This document shows, in pieces, positions 59,914 to 64,000 of a stretch of 64,000 nucleotides of DNA. The DNA comes from Paraphysomonas bandaiensis (lineage: Eukaryota; Protista; Chrysophyceae). A program made the translations under genes and the position numbers. How positions within the stretch are numbered: the first letter of the stretch is position 1; the number at the start of each line of letters is the position of its first letter. The notes beneath the pieces are model-generated. The model saw only the letters and a list, made by a program, of their open reading frames with translations, searched no databases and was not told the DNA's origin. The stretch lies in assembly GCA_965644295.1 (NCBI GenBank), contig CBFFRP010000380.1, positions 248,001-312,000 on the forward strand. Direction: 5' to 3'.

Positions 59914-61050
59914 TTAACCTCTATACATCTTCTTGTGGACAAGAAACAGAGATAGTTTGAATATAAACAGAAACAGAAACAGTAAAACACAGTATTGTAC
60001 ATTCGAGAAAGGTGATGCTAATCCATCATGGGCCACACCAATCAAATTTCTCACGCGGGGAAATTGTGGCAGCTCTCCTCCAGTACGACCACCACGGTAG
60101 AGTAGTCTTCGGGAAGATGGCTGCAAGGCGCGACCTTTTAGCGCGTACTTATTGTGTAAAATATCCCGCAACTTCGCTATATCAAATACTGGTTTGGGGC
60201 CTTTTCCTCTTCCTTCCCTACCGGCAATAGCGGCTGTGGTATTGTGACTCTTCCAAAATCTACGTACTACGGCAACAATGTCATTGTTATCAGATATATT
60301 ATCGTCCCACAGACAAATCTGTAACGATGGCACGCCAGCAGCTTTAATGAGGGACATGGTTACAGTATTCAACGATACAAAAGCTTGCTGTAGTTCGACT
60401 AAAGCCTTAGACTTCCCAAACATTCTATCAAGCACGCGCGTTTGAACCAGAGCATCACTCACAATCTTCTCGCTTTGCATACAGCTGATAAAATCGTAAG
60501 GATGGAGAACATTCGCATTTTTCCATAGTTTCGGGTGACATATGGCACTAAATGGATGCAATGACAAACGGCGTTCGGCCCATTCCACTGGATCGCGGAG
60601 CGAAAGAATAACTGCTTGATCAGGAGCAAAATGGAGGATGTCTGGCAGAAGGCTATCAATGGGAAAATCAGAGGCAAACTCGTAATTCAAAAGTAAATTT
60701 GTAAGTGCGTGACGATAACTATCCAGAAGATCAGCAGATCGACATTTAATAGAGGGGTCGGCAATGCATATCCCAATAGCTAAAGTCCACTCCTGCATTG
60801 CTGTCTGTCCACCTTCTATATTGCATCCATCCAAAAAATGCATTGCGGTAACTCCTAATTCCGAGCATATTAATGCATTTATTGAACGTGTTCCAGTGGT
60901 TCCACTTCCTGCGTTAATAGACTTCAACATAATAGATGACTGATTCACTCCGGGAAGAGTCAATCCATATCGAGGATGACGCAACACATTCGCTATATAC
61001 CGTGATACATGTCCATGCTGATGTATAGCTTTCGAACAATTGCTCTCCAT
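59914..61050 (-). CDS. Sulfotransferase-family (Sulfotransfer_4-like) protein with a C-terminal membrane anchor
   Basis: INAGSGTTGTRS PAPS-loop-like motif, ASDFP, VILSLRDPVEWAERR, hydrophobic C-terminus. An upstream exon is possible. Confidence 0.7.
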   Translation of the reverse strand: MESNCSKAIHQHGHVSRYIANVLRHPRYGLTLPGVNQSSIMLKSINAGSGTTGTRSINALICSELGVTAMHFLDGCNIEGGQTAMQEWTLAIGICIADPSIKCRSADLLDSYRHALTNLLLNYEFASDFPIDSLLPDILHFAPDQAVILSLRDPVEWAERRLSLHPFSAICHPKLWKNANVLHPYDFISCMQSEKIVSDALVQTRVLDRMFGKSKALVELQQAFVSLNTVTMSLIKAAGVPSLQICLWDDNISDNNDIVAVVRRFWKSHNTTAAIAGREGRGKGPKPVFDIAKLRDILHNKYALKGRALQPSSRRLLYRGGRTGGELPQFPRVRNLIGVAHDGLASPFSNVQYCVLLFLFLFIFKLSLFLVHKKMYRG

Positions 61051-61406
61051 ACTGATATCGTATAAAAGTGGACCCTCTTCAGTGACATACAGCTGGACTA
61101 TGATATATTTATGATGCTGCGTACATGTATGTGTATCAGCTCATATGGCTGTATATGGCCAGCCAATTATGACATATACAGTGGTATACAGTGGTATTCC
61201 TATTGTCACCTATTTTTTTGTGATGTGTGATTCATCTGTGCGAAAGTTTCCACACGGATATACCGTATACTGCTGTATACAGCAGTATGTGCACCCTACC
61301 CTATACATGGGCACAGCAGCATGGCCAGACACAAGCCACCTTAAGGCGGCCACCTTCATTGGAATACTATGAAAATAATGCACTAACAGTGTTAATCACT
61401 TTTATT

Positions 61407-63576
61407 ATGAACAGAAAACTTGTTCTAATATCACTGGTTGTGTTGATATGTTTATCTGTATGGTTTTCACTCTATGGAACCAGTTCATTGGTTCCAAATG
61501 ACTCAAGATCAATCCTTCCATGGGGCAGTCAACTGCTGGACAGTCAACCACTGAATATTCATCGTGCAATTAGAAAATGGGAAGAAAATGAATATGCAAT
61601 GCGAAACCGTGTCAACGAAGTACTGAGCAATCCTGATCTTCTGCAATGTGATATGAATGCAAACGTCACTTTTGTTATGCCAACATATGGATCAAGATCG
61701 TCGATTACAAAATCCATACAATCCATTTTAAAGTTAGATGATTGTGCGTGGCGTTTGATTGTTGTATACCCTGTTGTTGATGATACTGTCAGTGGATTGC
61801 ATGAGGATGCGCCATTCCAACTGACGACTATCCCGCAGTATATTTGGCAAGACCCTCGAATATACTTTCTACCGTTCAAGAGCGCAGTGGGAATACATTA
61901 TGGGGGGTCACAAAGAAATGCAGCATTCCGGCACATAAGTACACCGTGGGTAGCCTTTATCGACGATGACGATATCATAACTGTAGACTATATTACACTA
62001 CTCAAGGAAGAGGTACACAACTTCCCTGAAGCAGCTGCAGTGCTGTTCCGTATGTCATGTATAACATGTGAGCACTCTATAGTTCCACCCGAATCTTATA
62101 GCACAATAGAAGCTAACCATGCTGGCATAAGCTTCGCTGTTCGTCGGGTAGTAGTTACTCCTCTGGGCAATCATCGGTTTGTGGATGGGCCCATTGAGGC
62201 CTTCAAATTTCTACATGATATGATCCGTGGTGGCCTGGGTGTGGTGCTCTCCGGATCAGTGACGTATCTAGTGAAGGGCAACTATGTAAAACCCGAAGTT
62301 CCAATTCCCTCTACACTTATTCGCCTCGCTGATGACAGCGTTACGGAAAGCAAACTGTCTGTCGTCAGACCCTTTCTAGGATTCGATTTTCCCGAAAAAG
62401 ATAGCATTTTCTTCGGGTCGAATGTTCGCGGATTGCAGCAATCACTGGAGCATCTACGTGGAGTTGGTTGTGTAGATAGTACGTTTCTTGACTCTGTTGC
62501 AGTGGAAGTACACTTCGGGTTCAAAACTCCTGTTGTTGATAGTAAAAAGCACCTAATCCAGGTGCAGGTGGAGCAGATACATAACAGAACCATACCCCGA
62601 ACAAACACACTCGTCTTTTCGTCACAGTACCTTCAGAAAATGCGCAGTGCTAGTCAAGTGTGGGCAATAGCTCCCTCTCATTACAGATTTTTGACACAAA
62701 CGTTGGGGCTGAGCAACGTTTTTTTTGTGCCTATGTGGCATATGACTGAGTCAGACGTGACTCTAGATTCGGTTTTGAATAGGAAAAAGCAGATACAACT
62801 AACAGCTCCGACGAAACACCAGGAGTGTGCGCCTGCTACAGTGCATCCCATTCTTTTTGAAGGAGATTCCTACCATGTGGGAAACTGTGTTTTGTACCCT
62901 GCAAACTGCCCCCAAGAAAAAGTCTATTCCAGTAGCACCCCTCTCTGCAAGCTCTCTCGAGTACTCTTCTTCGGCGCAGTTCGGCACAGTCAAAACGGTA
63001 GACGAGAACGACTCTGTCAGGTAATGAGCAAAGGGGTGGACGACTTCATATGTTATGAAGGAGTTTTTGGTTTGTACTTAAGCCGCCTGATTCACGCCGC
63101 CGACGTGGTGGTGCTGGACCGCTACTATGCTGTCTCTACGCTAGAATCCCACCGCATCGACCCACTGCTGTTGAAGGGGAAAGTTATTGTCAGCACACAT
63201 TCTTTTGGTGCGTGCGCCGTTATCTTTATAACTGTCTAGGTAATCGTCTATTTCAGACAGGGATCTCGAACTAGTGTACAACAACTCCATAGTGTTCGTA
63301 GACCGCATTGAGGACATGCCGGGCACTGTCAATAGAATCCTCAGCGATCAGCTTATGTTAAAGAGAATGTCTGCGTACAATAAAGATTTTATACGGCAGA
63401 AGGTGTGTCCTTGTTCGATGCAAAACGTGGTCACTAATAGTTCGCAGATGTTGCTATCGGAGCCACTATGTGCCGCCTTGACCGCGCTGCCACGATCCGT
63501 CATGTCTTATGATGCTGTAAACGTTGCAACGGGGAGTACCAAACTGGAGAAATGGCAGCAATATAAATATTGGTAG
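61407..63576 (+). CDS. Type II membrane glycosyltransferase: GT2 (GT-A) domain plus a second GT-like domain
   Basis: N-terminal signal anchor; VTFVMPTYG, RNAAF....TPWVAFIDDDD (DxD); second half with VLFFGA...RRE and ESHRIDPLLLKGKVIVS; two short introns near 63.2 and 63.4 kb. Confidence 0.75.
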
Positions 63577-64000
63577 AGCATATATATATTATAAGCAATT
63601 TTCTAGAGGTTAGTATGTACTCTTTGCATTATCATATTTTCACAATATGCACTAATTGTACGACTCAATGACATGGTTTAATATATTTGATAAAAGTGAA
63701 GTGCACAGCTGGTTAGGACATTTGAACAATTATATCTACTTGTGATATATTCTTTGCCACTGTAGAGATACTGTAAAGAATATAAGAGTTTGTAGAAATG
63801 ATACAAGCAATACAATACCAATTCTCAGATATGCGATGTACACTTCATCTATAAATTCAACACCATTCCCTATGGAAAGTGGAAATAATCTGCTATAATA
63901 TGCTAAATCCGTTTAGCTAAATGAAATCACATTGCATAAAATATAAACCCATCAACATTGTTTTGTTAAGAAGCACAAGCCTGGCCTGTGCGTGCGTTGC

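Overview
Eukaryotic nuclear DNA with short (~45-60 nt) GT-AG introns; gene content and style suggest a flagellated stramenopile, possibly a chrysophyte (inference). Bases 1-~5067 are a distinctly AT-richer, intronless, gene-dense block that looks like the right-hand end of an endogenous Polinton-like virus/virophage. It carries the C-terminal half of an A32-type packaging ATPase, three genes holding four copies of one ~150-aa penton-like domain, a fibre-like coiled-coil protein, a small basic protein, a hairpin-rich intergenic region and an iteron-rich terminus ending in CTCTCT. It is followed by a dispersed repeat and a hAT MITE with an 8-bp TSD. 7.1-31.3 kb holds two giant head-to-head paralogous surface-protein genes (NHL repeats, Pro/Thr/Ser stalk, REJ, EGF, GPS-like motif, multiple TM helices). 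Their similarity is a patchwork of four near-identical blocks alternating with diverged blocks, and their stalks are unrelated tandem arrays (216/192 bp versus 120 bp x ~28.5). The rest is host genes: CHASE-like guanylate cyclase, small membrane protein, prolyl 4-hydroxylase, ZIP transporter, MORN/RSPH10B-like protein, glucosidase II beta-like protein, two sulfotransferase-like genes (one interrupted by a 5'-truncated LINE with a 15-bp TSD) and a GT2 glycosyltransferase, plus several transposon relics. All family calls come from motif recognition by eye; no searches were run.
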